Positions 63,126 to 64,000 of a stretch of DNA of 64,000 nucleotides are shown in pieces. The notes beneath the pieces were generated by a model. That model was given only the letters and a program-made list of their open reading frames with translations. It did not search any database and was not told the DNA's origin. The DNA is taken from the NCBI RefSeq assembly GCF_006345805.1, contig NC_042998.1, positions 173,724,001 through 173,788,000 on the forward strand, given 5' to 3'. This DNA is from Octopus sinensis (lineage: Eukaryota). Within the stretch, counting starts at the first letter, position 1, and the number at the start of each line of letters is the position of its first letter. Made by a program: the position numbers and the translations under genes.

Positions 63126-64000
63126 TCTATCTGCGAACCTGGACATCGACGAGGAATACACGACCCGCCTGCTCAGAACGACTTTCGGACCAGGGCCCAT
63201 GGACAACTTTCAGAGATCCCTGGCCTGGCAGTGCTACCGAGAAGACCTACCCGTACGGGATAAGCTCTACAGACACGGCTAGAGAAACACGGGGCCAACC
63301 TGCACGAGATGCGGTCAGAGCGACGAAACCGTTCTGCACGCACTCGTGTAGTGTCCAACAATTTCCGACCTGTGGGCTTATGTCGAACGACTGCTGTCAC
63401 GTGTGGGACGAGTCGGTTTATCAGCCGAGTCTATCGTCAATATTGTTACGCTTTCTTCCTTCAAACGGGAAGGAAGAGCTATTTTCATCATCCTTGTGGC
63501 TATGGCGAAAGAATGTATCTGGTGGACGCGTCTGAAAGGATTGGAGACAAACACATTCTTCTCTGGTCAATCTCTCATCAACTTTTTCAAGTATCACTTG
63601 AAAAGGAAAGTGAGAGTAGAGAGGCAAGTTTTGTCTAGCGAATGTTTCAAAAAAAGATGGGTGAATGTAGCAAGGATGGCACGTATGAATGACGAAGCCA
63701 ACTTGAGCATAATCCTATGAACCCAGAAAATTTAAAACAGAGGGTTACCTACTTGCAAACAAATGTGGTAACATGTAACATCATTGACCGAGGTTACCGT
63801 GGTCTTTTCCGTAGGCTTTTCTTCCCATGGATAAACCTTATCTGCTTCCCCTTTACACTTTACACCATGACAATGTGATACATGATCCTTATTGATCGTT
63901 TTCCCCCTTTTTTCCCTTTTTTGTTCTTTCCCTTTTAACGATCCCTCTTGATCGAAAACCTAACCCACCTTTTTTTTTCTCTCCCCCCAAAAGAAAAGCT
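63126..64000 (+). mobile_element. 5'-truncated L1/Tx1-clade LINE: ORF2 C-terminus (to 63720) and 3' UTR running off the window
   Basis: FQRSLAWQCYREDLPVRDKLYRHG...CTRCGQSDETVLHALV*CP (zf-RVT-like CCHC)...AKECIWWTR. Confidence 0.85.

Overview
Repeat-dominated, AT-rich eukaryotic DNA. The tRNA-derived SINE families, (TA)n/(TACA)n microsatellite load and LINE complement look like a coleoid cephalopod, probably Octopus (recognised from memory, not verified by search). There is no intact gene. The window holds many SINEs (five structural types, labelled A-E here), decayed LINEs (two R4/Dong-type RLE elements, CR1-group, RTE, L1/Tx1, Penelope-like), a mariner and a Tc1 relic, several MITEs and fold-backs, Helitron/Helentron-like fragments, and a few plausible short + strand host exons. 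Top finding: two diverged, homologous retroelements (11868-13294 and 39599-41587) encode only an L1/Tx1-like ORF1, with no ORF2. Both sit at the same nucleotide of the same tRNA-derived SINE family, in the same orientation, with 15-16 bp target-site duplications. This points to a SINE-targeting, non-autonomous site-specific retrotransposon lineage. Secondary findings: hammerhead-ribozyme cores (one circularly permuted with all core residues), a co-varying LINE/SINE 3' stem-loop, and microsatellite-targeting RLE elements. Coordinates were read by eye and element edges are approximate unless a TSD is quoted.
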